A stretch of DNA of 64,000 nucleotides. Origin: Bdellovibrionales bacterium (lineage in GTDB: Bacteria > Bdellovibrionota > Bdellovibrionia > Bdellovibrionales > Bdellovibrionaceae). Location of the stretch: positions 1 to 64,000 of the forward strand of contig JANMPT010000092.1 of assembly GCA_031370005.1 (NCBI GenBank), in the 5' to 3' direction. The notes below the pieces were generated by a model that was not told the origin of the DNA, did no database searches, and saw only the letters and a list, made by a program, of their open reading frames with translations. Position numbers and translations under genes: made by a program. This document shows positions 1 to 10,941 of the stretch, piece after piece; the stretch's first letter is position 1; the number at the start of each line of letters is the position of its first letter.

Positions 1-134
1 GGCGCACCCAATTGAGACAACGCAATCCGCGAAAGAGTTTCCTGTTTCTTCACGACATAAATCAAGGGCTCGTCTGCGTAAAGTACCGCAGGAAAAAGCA
101 AAATGAATACGGCGAATAAGCTAGTGTTTTTCAT
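1..134 (-). CDS. LysM-domain secreted protein, 5' part (runs off the window)
   Basis: Not in the ORF track. Manual translation gives MKNTSLFAVFILLFPAVLYADEPLIYVVKKQETLSRIALSQLGA: a signal peptide then a LysM start (YVVKKQETLSRIA). AAGGAG RBS upstream. Confidence 0.75.
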   Translation of the reverse strand, partial: MKNTSLFAVFILLFPAVLYADEPLIYVVKKQETLSRIALSQLGA

Positions 135-160
135 GGTGAAAGCAAGACTCCTTAGTTATC

Positions 161-188
161 TTTTCGGGTCTTTTTGATTAAATCTTTA
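161..188 (-). promoter_or_regulatory. sigma28 (FliA)-like promoter for the LysM gene
   Basis: TAAAG-N15-CCCGAAAA on the minus strand. Confidence 0.55.
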
Positions 189-543
189 CAATTTTATTTC
201 GCTGGAAATGTGATCTCGACTCAAAACAAGACAAAATGCCAGGTCGTGGTTTATTGTTGGCAATATCGACATGTCTATAATGGAAATATATTAGATGGAT
301 ATTGTAGCAGCTTGAGAAAAGAAAAAAAGGTTCGAAGGCAACTCTGAAATATAAACCTATGGTCGCTAAGGTGGGTGGCCATGATAACAACTTTAGGCTT
401 CTCAGTACGAGCTGAGCTTGCACACCATTGTCAGGGACAGCCCCCAATTCATGCTTATAAGGTTTATTTTCGACCGAGTCTTACGCCGTCGAACCCTGAT
501 TTCCATTTTATATATTCTTCGAAAAAAAGCAATTAGGCCAGAC

Positions 544-570
544 TCATGCCATGACGATTTTGTCCGATAA
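544..570 (+). promoter_or_regulatory. sigma28-like promoter (weak -35)
   Basis: TCATG-N14-TCCGATAA; ATG at 578 lies 7 nt downstream. Confidence 0.4.
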
Positions 571-577
571 GCGTATT

Positions 578-793
578 ATGACAGTCGAAAAATTGGATTA
601 TTTGTTCCCATTTATCGTTTTTTTCTATGGACTCCTATTACTACTTGTGCTGGAAAACCCAGTCCTAGTAAAGATTGGGGAGGAGCGTCTGGGTGCGGCT
701 TTCCAGCATCTAAGTCGTCACAAAGGACTTGCTTGGATCTGTTTTTTTGTTGGGGGCCTTTGGTCAATCCAAAATGTTTATTTGACTCTGTAA
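578..793 (+). CDS. small membrane protein (two hydrophobic helices)
   Basis: ORF 551..793; likelier start is ATG 578 (MTVEKLDY) after the promoter-like motif. Confidence 0.65.
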   Translation: MTVEKLDYLFPFIVFFYGLLLLLVLENPVLVKIGEERLGAAFQHLSRHKGLAWICFFVGGLWSIQNVYLTL

Positions 794-821
794 GAGTGGG
801 TCATTAGGTTCTCAACCTAAG

Positions 822-2213
822 ATGACTGATCAACCCATATTAAAGTCACTATTGAAAACTGATGTAAGTACTAAAATGGCGGAGGCCATTGAAAGTCACG
901 AGCCTCAAGTTCTAACGATTGAGGAGCTGAACCTTACAATCAAGCAACTTCTTGAGGGGCAGCTCAGTATTGTTTGGGTACGTGGGGAGATTTCTAATTT
1001 TAAAGCCCATACTTCAGGGCATTATTATTTTTCCCTAAAAGACGCTAAATCCCAAATCAGCGCAGTGATGTTTCGCGGGTATAACTCTCGCTTGCTATTT
1101 AAGCCAACGGATGGAATGGAAGTTATCGTTCGCGGTCGAGTGTCAGTTTATGAGCCTCGTGGCAATTATCAAATTCTCTGCGAAATGATGGAGCCTGTGG
1201 GCGCTGGTGCGCTACAGAAATCATTTGAGCAGCTTAAAGCCAAACTTAAAGCTGAAGGACTCTTTGAGGCGGCACGCAAAAAAGTCATTCCGCATATGCC
1301 ACGACATGTGGCGATCGTGACCTCTCCGACGGGGGCTGCGATTCGTGATATTTTAAACATACTTTCTCGTCGGGCGCCGTGGCTTTCGGTGACAGTTGTG
1401 CCGTCGGTGGTTCAAGGCGAAAGCGCAGCTTCACAACTTCGCGAGGCTTTTTTAAAGGCACAAAGACTTCCTGAAGTGGATGTGATCATAGTGGGCCGCG
1501 GCGGTGGTTCAATTGAAGATATGTGGTGTTTTAATGACGAGCAGTTTGCACGATTGATAGCGGCCTCAACAATTCCTGTAATCTCGGCAGTGGGACATGA
1601 AATCGACTTTACAATTGCGGACTTTGTTGCAGATCTTCGTGCACCAACCCCGTCAGCAGCGGCGGAGCTCGTGGCAAAGAGCTCCCAGGAGCTCACCCAT
1701 AGGCTTCTGCAACTGCAAAAACTTTTGAATCTCAACGCCCAAAAACACTTCAAAGCCTTTGTGCAGAAACTGCAAATGCTCACTCGGGGCCTTGTTGATC
1801 CTCAAAAAAAGCTGCAAGACCTTATTTTACGCAATGATGACCTGGTGGAGCGGCTACAGATGGCCACCACCCGCATTTTTTCAGAGCGACGTTATAAGCT
1901 GCAAATCCTTGACGAGCGCATAGGGTCTCCACAGATACTTATTCTGCAAAAAATCAAAGAGCTTGAGTATCTGTTTCAGCGTATGCAAAGAGGTCTGGCC
2001 TTGGGGCTTGAGCGGAAGAGATCTCTGCTTTGTCGAGGAATATCTGTTTTAGAAAGCTTGAGCCCACTAAAAGTGGTGGAGAGAGGCTATTCGATTATTA
2101 AAAAAGAAAATACTGTGATTAAAAATGTCGACCAAGTAAAGCATGGCGATCTTTTGCAGATCACTTTGGCTCAAGGCCAACTTGAGGTTCGGGTTGAAAA
2201 TATTACGAAATAG
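822..2213 (+). CDS. xseA: exodeoxyribonuclease VII large subunit
   Basis: VWVRGEISNF, SGHYYFSLKD, GRGGGSIED, SAVGHEIDFTIADFVADLRAPTPSAAAE motifs. Confidence 0.97.
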   Translation: MTDQPILKSLLKTDVSTKMAEAIESHEPQVLTIEELNLTIKQLLEGQLSIVWVRGEISNFKAHTSGHYYFSLKDAKSQISAVMFRGYNSRLLFKPTDGMEVIVRGRVSVYEPRGNYQILCEMMEPVGAGALQKSFEQLKAKLKAEGLFEAARKKVIPHMPRHVAIVTSPTGAAIRDILNILSRRAPWLSVTVVPSVVQGESAASQLREAFLKAQRLPEVDVIIVGRGGGSIEDMWCFNDEQFARLIAASTIPVISAVGHEIDFTIADFVADLRAPTPSAAAELVAKSSQELTHRLLQLQKLLNLNAQKHFKAFVQKLQMLTRGLVDPQKKLQDLILRNDDLVERLQMATTRIFSERRYKLQILDERIGSPQILILQKIKELEYLFQRMQRGLALGLERKRSLLCRGISVLESLSPLKVVERGYSIIKKENTVIKNVDQVKHGDLLQITLAQGQLEVRVENITK

Positions 2214-2224
2214 GAGAGCATTCC

Positions 2225-2449
2225 ATGGATTTTGAAAAAAAATTAAGCCGTCTCGAAGAAATTGTGAACAAAATGGAAAAGGGTGACTTAGCATTGGAAG
2301 AATCTCTAAAGCTCTTTGAGGAAGGCGTAAGGCTTTCTCGCGAGTGTCATCAAAAATTGAACGAAGCTGAGTCTAAAGTTAAGTTGCTTGTAAGCATGGA
2401 CCAAAACGGCAAAGCGACGACGACGAACTTTTCTGCTGAGGAAGCCTAA
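2225..2449 (+). CDS. xseB: exodeoxyribonuclease VII small subunit
   Basis: FEKKLSRLEEIV...LEESLKLFEEGV; follows xseA. Confidence 0.96.
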   Translation: MDFEKKLSRLEEIVNKMEKGDLALEESLKLFEEGVRLSRECHQKLNEAESKVKLLVSMDQNGKATTTNFSAEEA

Positions 2450-2457
2450 GGACATTT

Positions 2458-3321
2458 TTGGATCCAATGACCCCGTTCGAGGAACAGCTTAAGCAACGGA
2501 TTGAGGTGGTGGATGAGTACATTCACCAATACTTTTCTAATTTAGATTTGCCTCCAAGTGTCGCTGTCATTGAATTAAAAGAGGCTATGTATTATTCTAT
2601 CGGCAGTGGGGGGAAAAGATTTCGCCCAGTTTTATCAATTTTAATTGCGGAACTATTCTCTATCCCGATTTCATATATCCTGCCCTTTGCAACAGCCGTT
2701 GAGCTTATCCATACGTACTCACTGATTCACGATGATCTTCCATGTATGGACAATGATGATTTTCGTCGCGGCAAACCAGCTAACCATAAAGTATATGGTG
2801 AAAGCACCGCACTGCTTGCTGGCGACGCACTTCTAACTGAAGCCTTTTTGTTAGTTACCAAAGGATATAAGGAAAATGGCCTTTTGGCAGCTCGACTTTG
2901 TGAACTTTTGTCACGAGCAGCAGGCGTTCGCGGTATGGTTGGCGGTCAAGCAATGGACTTAAAGGCCAAAAACTTCACAGTTGAAGAACTTGCTCGTTTA
3001 CATAACTTAAAGACCGGACGAATGATTCAAGTTGCAGCGGAAGGGGCTGCGATTGTGTCAGGGGCAAGTTCCTATGAAATCGAAAGTATCGCAAAATTTG
3101 GTGAATTCCTAGGACTTGCTTTCCAGGTTGCTGATGACATTTTAGATCATAGTGAAAAGGGTCAAGAAATGCGAAGCTTTGTGAGCCTGTTAGGAATGAC
3201 TGAAACGAGGAAGTATCTTCAAGAGGTTGGTAATAAAGCGCTCAGTGAACTTCGTAAAGTTTCTCAACGAGCGGTAATTCTTGAGCATATGATTGAATTC
3301 AATCATCAGCGCCAAAAATGA
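2458..3321 (+). CDS. ispA: farnesyl/geranyl diphosphate synthase
   Basis: GGKRFRP, SLIHDDLPCMDNDDFRRG, FQVADDILD. Confidence 0.93.
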   Translation: MDPMTPFEEQLKQRIEVVDEYIHQYFSNLDLPPSVAVIELKEAMYYSIGSGGKRFRPVLSILIAELFSIPISYILPFATAVELIHTYSLIHDDLPCMDNDDFRRGKPANHKVYGESTALLAGDALLTEAFLLVTKGYKENGLLAARLCELLSRAAGVRGMVGGQAMDLKAKNFTVEELARLHNLKTGRMIQVAAEGAAIVSGASSYEIESIAKFGEFLGLAFQVADDILDHSEKGQEMRSFVSLLGMTETRKYLQEVGNKALSELRKVSQRAVILEHMIEFNHQRQK

Positions 3322-4085
3322 GATTGGATCTTTTCTTAGTTCAAAAGAAGTTAGCCTCCTCACGCTCTCAAGCGCAAGGGCTCATTTGTGCAAATCAGGT
3401 TTATCAATTAAAAAATAATGAAAAAATTATTCTTACAAAGCCCAGTCACCTGGTTGCTGAAACCATGGATCAGATTTTTGTTGAAGCCGGGCCAGCAAAT
3501 CGCTTCGTTTCCCGTGGCGGCCTTAAACTTGAGGGCGCACTGAAGCACTGTCAGCTTTTGATCAAGGGATGGAATGTTTTAGATGTTGGAATTTCTACTG
3601 GAGGCTTTACTGATTGCCTACTTCAAGAGGGGGCGTGTTCAGTTTTGGGGGTCGACGTTGGTCATGGTCAATTGCATCCGAACTTGGTTAATAACCCAAG
3701 CTTGAAACATATTGAGGGTCTTAACGCTCGGCAAATTAATCAGGATTCTCGGATAATGACGGTTATGCCAAATGTAGGCTTTGATATGATTGTTATGGAT
3801 GTTTCTTTTATCTCGATCACCTTGATTATTCCGCGACTTGTCAGCCTGCTAAGGCCTGAGGGCATTTTATTAAGTCTTGTAAAGCCACAGTTTGAGGTGG
3901 GGCCGCGAGGTCTTGGAAAAGGGGGGCTTGTGAAAGATCCTGGACTCTATTCTATAGTTGAAGATAAAATAAAGCTTCTTTGTGAAAGCTCTGAGATGAG
4001 CGTAAAGGATTATTTCAACTCATCAATCGATGGAAAAGATGGGAATCATGAATTTTTCATTTTTGCTCAAAAGAAAAAAGCATAG
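3318..4085 (+). CDS. tlyA: TlyA family rRNA 2'-O-methyltransferase
   Basis: S4-like N-terminus MRLD, FVSRGGLKL, STGGFTDCLLQ, DVSFIS, VKPQFE. Confidence 0.93.
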   Translation: MRLDLFLVQKKLASSRSQAQGLICANQVYQLKNNEKIILTKPSHLVAETMDQIFVEAGPANRFVSRGGLKLEGALKHCQLLIKGWNVLDVGISTGGFTDCLLQEGACSVLGVDVGHGQLHPNLVNNPSLKHIEGLNARQINQDSRIMTVMPNVGFDMIVMDVSFISITLIIPRLVSLLRPEGILLSLVKPQFEVGPRGLGKGGLVKDPGLYSIVEDKIKLLCESSEMSVKDYFNSSIDGKDGNHEFFIFAQKKKA

Positions 4086-5013
4086 TTTTTTAATTCTGAA
4101 CTTTTTTTTAATCACATCTTGCCAACATATTCGCACGCGTGAAGACCTAACCGCCCCAGCGCCAGCACCGGCGCCGAGGTATGAGGTCCCAAGCTCGTTG
4201 CCGCAGACATCAACTTCAGAGGAAGCTCCTGTCTCCTCTCCGATTCCTGCAATTCCTAAAATTGGTTTAATTCTTGGTCCAGGCGGCGCTAGGGCCTATG
4301 GCCATATCGGAGCTCTTCAAAATCTTGCCCGATTGAAAGTACCAATTTATGCCACTGTCGGCATTGAGTGGGGAGCCCCTGCTGCGGCTCTTTTTTCTTC
4401 CAAGGGACAGGTCTATGATGTTGAGTGGCAGATGTTTAAGTTAAAAGACGAGGTGTTGTCGAAGAAGTCGCTAATTGGTTCAAATACAAAAATTAACGAC
4501 ATGGGTGCGCTGAAAGAATTTTTTCAAACGATTTTTGGCCACCAACGGGTTGAAGAGTTTCATCATCCCTTTGCCTGCCCAGCATACAATATCGCTAAGA
4601 ACCAAGTTTATATGATGAGTCGGGGCTCGGTAGAACAACTGATGCCGTACTGTATGCCCTATCCGCCATTATTTAAACCGTTCAACCATAACGTTAGTGC
4701 TATACGGGAGTTAAAGTTGGCTTCTGATTACTTACGATCTCAAGGAGCGAACTACATCGTCCTTGTTAACGTACTCGGGCGTGAGGCCGGCAGAAGACCT
4801 TTAGTGCAAGATGTTGACAGCGCGGGATCTGTAATTTGGTCTGAACTAGCAAGTTTTTATGCGAAGCCACAGGCTGGAATCGATGCTGTTATTCCCATTG
4901 AATTAGGTTCGTATATGGTGACAGATTTTGAAAAACGCAGAGAAATCATGCAAAAAAGCGCAGAGAGCTCACTGAAACCGATTGAAAGTTGGGCTCGTAA
5001 ATTGGGATTTTGA
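4048..5013 (+). CDS. patatin-like lipoprotein with degenerate catalytic motif
   Basis: Lipobox LITSC; GLILGPGGARAYGHIG Gly-rich loop; the GxSxG position reads GIEWG. Start uncertain (4030 or 4048). Confidence 0.75.
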   Translation: MNFSFLLKRKKHSFLILNFFLITSCQHIRTREDLTAPAPAPAPRYEVPSSLPQTSTSEEAPVSSPIPAIPKIGLILGPGGARAYGHIGALQNLARLKVPIYATVGIEWGAPAAALFSSKGQVYDVEWQMFKLKDEVLSKKSLIGSNTKINDMGALKEFFQTIFGHQRVEEFHHPFACPAYNIAKNQVYMMSRGSVEQLMPYCMPYPPLFKPFNHNVSAIRELKLASDYLRSQGANYIVLVNVLGREAGRRPLVQDVDSAGSVIWSELASFYAKPQAGIDAVIPIELGSYMVTDFEKRREIMQKSAESSLKPIESWARKLGF

Positions 5014-5029
5014 TTGCAAAGGATGACTT

Positions 5030-6346
5030 ATGAGAAAATCTACGGAAGACGCAAAAATTTTTGCTGAACGCAGGCAGCGCATTGGACGAGATCTACAGGG
5101 TTCTGCAGTCATTGTTGCTGCCCACCCAGAGCAAATTCGCAACCACGATGTTGGATATCCTTACCGTCAAGATTCAAATATGTATTATCTGACAGGCTTT
5201 GAAGAGCCTGAGAGCATTTTAATTTTTCGTCCTGGCCTGAAACCAGAGAGCGTGATGTTTGTGCGTGGTCGCGATAAAGAGCGTGAAACTTGGGATGGTT
5301 TTCGCTATGGGCCCGATGGTGTTGAAAAGGAATTCAAAATCGATAAGGCTTACCAAATTGATGAGTTTCTAGTTCATGCTCCGGCCTTGTTGAAAGAAGT
5401 AGAGCAAGTTTATTATGCGCTTTACAAAAATCAAGAAGCCGACAGAAAGATTCAAGCTTGTTTGGAAAAAGTGAAACTCATGCAAGGTCGAACGGGTTAT
5501 GGTTTGCTGCCAATCTACGATGCGGACACCTTGCTCGGCGAATACAGATTAATAAAATCAGAAATTGAGCTTACCAATCTTCGCGAAGCCTGTGAGATTT
5601 CGGCACAAGCTCACGTTGCGGCAATGCGCTTTACAAGGCCAGGGGTAAGCGAGCGCCAAGTACAGGGCGTGTTGGCCCACAATTTCTTTATGAAGGGGGC
5701 GGCTCGGGAGGGTTATAACTATATCGTAGCCAGCGGAAATGCGGCGACGACATTGCACTACAACTTTAATGATCAGATTTGCAATGATGGCGATCTTTTG
5801 TTAATTGATGCGGGTGCAGAATATAATTACTTTACTGGGGATATCACGCGAACTTACCCTGTAAATGGTAAGTTCACTGATGAGCAAGCCCGCGTGTATC
5901 AGGGTGTTCTTGATGTTCAAAAGCAAATAATTGATTACATAAAGCCAGGAGTTGTCTTCAAGGACCTTCATGACATGGGAACTTCTTTGCTGACAGATTT
6001 GATGTTAGAGCTGGGATTGCTTTCGGGGCGAAAGGATGACTTAATTTCTGCCCTTCAACAAAAAAAATATTATCCTCACGGAATTGGTCACTGGCTTGGG
6101 ATGGATGTCCATGATGCAGGCCTTTACTATAAAAAGGGTATACCACGTGAAGTCGCTGCTAATATGTGCTTCACTGTTGAGCCGGGTCTTTATATCCCAG
6201 CCGATGATGCCAGTGTGCCTCAGAAGTACCGCGGGATCGGTATTCGCATCGAGGACAATATACGAGTGACATATCATGGTTGCGAGAATATGACATCGTC
6301 GGCACCAAAAGAAATTGCTGATATCGAAAAAATTGTTGGCAAATAA
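5030..6346 (+). CDS. pepP: Xaa-Pro aminopeptidase
   Basis: YRQDSNMYYLTG, LIDAG, DITRT, HGIGHWLGMDVHD, TVEPGLY, GIRIED. Confidence 0.95.
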   Translation: MRKSTEDAKIFAERRQRIGRDLQGSAVIVAAHPEQIRNHDVGYPYRQDSNMYYLTGFEEPESILIFRPGLKPESVMFVRGRDKERETWDGFRYGPDGVEKEFKIDKAYQIDEFLVHAPALLKEVEQVYYALYKNQEADRKIQACLEKVKLMQGRTGYGLLPIYDADTLLGEYRLIKSEIELTNLREACEISAQAHVAAMRFTRPGVSERQVQGVLAHNFFMKGAAREGYNYIVASGNAATTLHYNFNDQICNDGDLLLIDAGAEYNYFTGDITRTYPVNGKFTDEQARVYQGVLDVQKQIIDYIKPGVVFKDLHDMGTSLLTDLMLELGLLSGRKDDLISALQQKKYYPHGIGHWLGMDVHDAGLYYKKGIPREVAANMCFTVEPGLYIPADDASVPQKYRGIGIRIEDNIRVTYHGCENMTSSAPKEIADIEKIVGK

Positions 6347-6367
6347 TTGGTCGTTATATAGTGATGT

Positions 6368-7111
6368 TTAGATGAATCTGTGATGAATCCATGCTTTTTG
6401 AGTGGCAATTGTTTGCAAATCGTTCTCTGTTTTAAACAATCTGTCATCTTGATTTGCGGCGCTAACCGCCATTGCGAGATCTGAGGCCGAATTCAAAAGC
6501 TGAAAGTCGCCCATAGTATTGCCGGATGCAAAGAATGGCTTTTTTCCGCCGGTAAGATCTAAAAGGGCCTCAACCTTTCCCATTTGATAGGTAATGATGC
6601 CCTTTTGGTTATGAGTTATAAGATCATTTTCAACCAAGGTTTCAACACCAACAACAGAGTCCATATCTAGTCCCATGAGCTTTGCTGCGGGTTCCACTGC
6701 CCAGGCAATGGAAGCTGTGACTATATAAATTTTTACACCTTTACTTGCAAAAAGATTCACGACCTTCTTCTGCTCATCAAAAACAGGGATCGGCGAATGT
6801 TCCTTAATGGCCTGTTCTGCCCATCTGCGAACGGTTTCAATTTTTTGGCCTTGATTGATTTGCGCCAACCACAGGTAGGCTTCTTTAGGATCCTTTTTTT
6901 TCAAGTCCTGATAGAAGTCCCATGGGGAGGGCGGGAGAGAAACAAGTCTTTGATCAATTTGATATTGAAAAAAAGCTTCTCCCAAATCAATATCCCACAG
7001 AGTCCCATCCGCATCGAAAGCCGCAATCGGCTCAGAATCTTTCGCTAAAGCATAATCTAGCGCAGTATTTATTCGGTCCCAAATTTCTTTTGAATAAGCT
7101 TTGTATTTCAT
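6368..7111 (-). CDS. HAD-superfamily phosphatase
   Basis: AAFDADGTLW motif I, VTAS motif II, GNTMGD motif IV. Confidence 0.88.
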   Translation of the reverse strand: MKYKAYSKEIWDRINTALDYALAKDSEPIAAFDADGTLWDIDLGEAFFQYQIDQRLVSLPPSPWDFYQDLKKKDPKEAYLWLAQINQGQKIETVRRWAEQAIKEHSPIPVFDEQKKVVNLFASKGVKIYIVTASIAWAVEPAAKLMGLDMDSVVGVETLVENDLITHNQKGIITYQMGKVEALLDLTGGKKPFFASGNTMGDFQLLNSASDLAMAVSAANQDDRLFKTENDLQTIATQKAWIHHRFI

Positions 7112-7188
7112 AACGTCTTAGTATGAAATAGGATCATTAAATTGACAAGTAATGCTTCGGGAGAGGTATTGACAGGAGAGTTCGAAAA

Positions 7189-7665
7189 ATGACCCTTTTT
7201 TGTCGGGCAATTCAGCTCCAAGATCTGAACGAAATTCTCGATTTTGAAAATAAAAAGCTTCAAGAACTTATCTCCGATGAGATGGAGAGAACTCTACATA
7301 GTTGGAATGTGCGATGGCGCAAAGAGGCGCTCGAGTATTACCTAGTTTTAGGTTGGTCTTTTTTGGTTCGGGACACGGCTTGTTCGAGTCAGTTTTCAGA
7401 CGAAGGTCTTCTGGTGGGTTACTATATGGCTCAGCCCCTGCTTTTTTTGGATGGGCAAACTCAAAGCCTATGGGTAGAGCATCTACAGTATGCCTCTCTA
7501 CAGGCTCGCGATGAGCTCTGCGAGCTAGCATATAAAGTTTCACGGGAAAAGCACTTTCAAAAAGTATTTTTTCCAAATGTTTCAGGGATAAGCAATTCTA
7601 TTTCTAGCTTTAAAGCAGAAACCTGGAGTCCCGCAGTCATGCATATTAAAACGACGAAGGCATAG
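7189..7665 (+). CDS. hypothetical protein, possible GNAT-like fold
   Basis: RAIQLQDLNEILDFE start and LVGY/LWVEHL strands resemble GNAT topology; 5 nt from glpD. Confidence 0.55.
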   Translation: MTLFCRAIQLQDLNEILDFENKKLQELISDEMERTLHSWNVRWRKEALEYYLVLGWSFLVRDTACSSQFSDEGLLVGYYMAQPLLFLDGQTQSLWVEHLQYASLQARDELCELAYKVSREKHFQKVFFPNVSGISNSISSFKAETWSPAVMHIKTTKA

Positions 7666-7670
7666 GCATC

Positions 7671-9305
7671 ATGAGGAAGTTTTCTAAAGCGGAGCGCATC
7701 CAGAATATTCAGCAAATGCAACAGGAGGTTTTTGATCTATGCATAATTGGAGGCGGGATCAATGGGGCCGGGGTCGCTCGCGATGCTGCTAGCCGAGGAA
7801 TGCGTGTCGCGGTAATTGAGGCGAAGGACTTTGCATCGGGGACTTCCTCTCGATCCAGTAAATTGATTCATGGCGGGATTCGCTATTTAGAAAATTTTGA
7901 GTTTCATTTGGTATTTGAAGCCTTGAGTGAGCGCACTCGATTGTTTGAAATTGCACCTAACTTGGTACATCCATTGCGTTTCATGATTCCACTTTATGAA
8001 AATAGCCGAGTTGGTATGTTTAAGTTAGGCGTGGGAATGTGGCTTTATGATGCCCTGGCGCTTTTTCAGGCTCCTGAAATGCATGAACGTCTGAACTCCG
8101 AGGAGTCTTTGGCGAGAATTCCATCATTAGAAAAAAATCGACTTTTAGGTTCCTATGTTTATTCCGATGCCTATATGGACGACGATCGCCTGGTTCATGA
8201 AACTCTTCGTTCTGCCAATGAAATGGGCGCAGTTTGCGCGAGTTTTGTCAAAGCCACTGGCGCAAGCTTTGGTGTGGATGGTAAAATCAAAGCCGTTGAG
8301 TGTGAAGATCAGTTAGATTCTAAAAAATTTAAGATTCGTGCAAAGCATGTGGTCAGTTGCGTAGGGCCATGGACTGATGATCTTGGTCCTAAAATTTTGG
8401 ATGATTGGAAGAGTATTTTACGTCCTACAAAAGGGGTTCACTTTACCTTACAAAAGTCTCGTCTTCCATTGGCAAGCGCTGTCGTTATGGCCGCAGAAAA
8501 AAGTGATCGTATTGTTTTCGCGATTCCTCGTCACGAGATGGTGGTGATCGGAACAACGGATACAGATTATCGAGAACTTCCGGATGGGGTTGTCGCCACT
8601 GCGGAGGACGTAAAGTATCTTTTAGAAGTAACACGTCAATATTTTCCAGGGGCGGCTATTACGAAAAAAGACATTATTGCCACATATGCTGGTGTGCGCC
8701 CGCTCGTGAAGGATCACTCCTCTTCCGAGGGGAAAATTTCCCGCGAACATGTGATTATTGATGATGATCGCGGTGTCACTCTTGTTGCGGGGGGGAAGTA
8801 CACCACATACAGATTAATGTCGGAGCAGGTCGTCTCGCATTGTTTAAAATTTTTTGATTTTGACGACAAAGTTCGCTTCACAAAAAACGACACTCTCAAA
8901 GCCCTGAATCCCTATACGGACGTGAGCTCTTTCCAGCAGGCCATGGGAATGTCATCAATCTGGGCCGAGGAATCGGGGAGATCTCAGAAGGATACGCAGA
9001 AATTAGCAGAGCGTTACGGAATGGAGGCAGCAGAGATTCTGCATTTTTATCCAGCTGACTATAGCTATTGGCAGCTCGAGGCTGCTCAGGCCATAGACCA
9101 TACCTTATGCTTGAATTTGACGGATTTTTACGCAAGACGTGTTCCCTTGTTTTTAGCATATCCCGAGCATGGAATTCCACAGCTGGGACGCATCTGCGAG
9201 GTTTTCAAAACAAAGCTCTCATGGTCAGATTCTGAGCTGCAAAAGCAGAAAGAAGCTCTTAGTCAGTATATGGAAAAAGAGCTGGCCTGGAGATCCACAC
9301 CTTAG
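7671..9305 (+). CDS. glpD: FAD-dependent glycerol-3-phosphate dehydrogenase
   Basis: IIGGGINGAGVARDAASRG, SGTSSRSSKLIHGGIRYLE, GGKYTTYRLM. Confidence 0.93.
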   Translation: MRKFSKAERIQNIQQMQQEVFDLCIIGGGINGAGVARDAASRGMRVAVIEAKDFASGTSSRSSKLIHGGIRYLENFEFHLVFEALSERTRLFEIAPNLVHPLRFMIPLYENSRVGMFKLGVGMWLYDALALFQAPEMHERLNSEESLARIPSLEKNRLLGSYVYSDAYMDDDRLVHETLRSANEMGAVCASFVKATGASFGVDGKIKAVECEDQLDSKKFKIRAKHVVSCVGPWTDDLGPKILDDWKSILRPTKGVHFTLQKSRLPLASAVVMAAEKSDRIVFAIPRHEMVVIGTTDTDYRELPDGVVATAEDVKYLLEVTRQYFPGAAITKKDIIATYAGVRPLVKDHSSSEGKISREHVIIDDDRGVTLVAGGKYTTYRLMSEQVVSHCLKFFDFDDKVRFTKNDTLKALNPYTDVSSFQQAMGMSSIWAEESGRSQKDTQKLAERYGMEAAEILHFYPADYSYWQLEAAQAIDHTLCLNLTDFYARRVPLFLAYPEHGIPQLGRICEVFKTKLSWSDSELQKQKEALSQYMEKELAWRSTP

Positions 9306-9348
9306 ATGCGCCGCGACGCAGCTGCTCAGCAGAGTCTAAATATCTGCA

Positions 9349-9377
9349 TTGACTCTCGTTTTTGTGGAACCTAGACT
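9349..9377 (+). promoter_or_regulatory. sigma70-like promoter of mreB
   Basis: TTGACT-N17-TAGACT. Confidence 0.5.
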
Positions 9378-9391
9378 TTAACCAAACTTAA

Positions 9392-10453
<1,062 letters not shown>

Positions 10454-10461
10454 GGAGTTAA

Positions 10462-10941
10462 ATGGGTGAGTCTGAAATAAAATCTATAGCCCTATTCTTC
10501 TTCTTTGCTTTTTTGGATGACCGCAGGGCCGTTGAGGCCGCTACTCAAGCTATTGCTATTTGTTCAAATAAAAAGAAAAAAAACCCTCAGTTTAGCAGTG
10601 AGGTATTGATTGTTATGTCATGCTTCGCAGTTTGGACAAAACACCATTTAAAACTAAACCGCGGAAATCCGAATATCACTACCGATGCTGGCTGGATGAT
10701 TCCCGCAAATTTAGATTTGGGTCCATGGCGTGAGTTTCAAAAGCTAGCAACCCAAGACGAGCTACTTGCAGTCATTTGGTCAAAGATTCTTGAAATTCCT
10801 GAGAGGGAAATTGCTGAAGGCCTCGGTATTTCTGAAGGAACCATCCGCTATCGCCTCGGTCGCGCCATCCGAAAACTTGGATCTATGGCCCAGGGTGTTT
10901 CCACGAAGAAGCTAAATGCGGTGAGGTCAGAACATGTCTGA
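10462..10941 (+). CDS. ECF sigma-factor-like protein (clear region 4 HTH, divergent region 2)
   Basis: EREIAEGLGISEGTIRYRLGRAIRKL; overlaps the downstream anti-sigma-like gene. Confidence 0.7.
   Translation: MGESEIKSIALFFFFAFLDDRRAVEAATQAIAICSNKKKKNPQFSSEVLIVMSCFAVWTKHHLKLNRGNPNITTDAGWMIPANLDLGPWREFQKLATQDELLAVIWSKILEIPEREIAEGLGISEGTIRYRLGRAIRKLGSMAQGVSTKKLNAVRSEHV

Noticed and set aside
178..447. 89-aa ORF and small hairpins in the first intergenic region
   Set aside because: Overlaps the LysM promoter, shows no motif, and the hairpins match no RNA family I can recognise.
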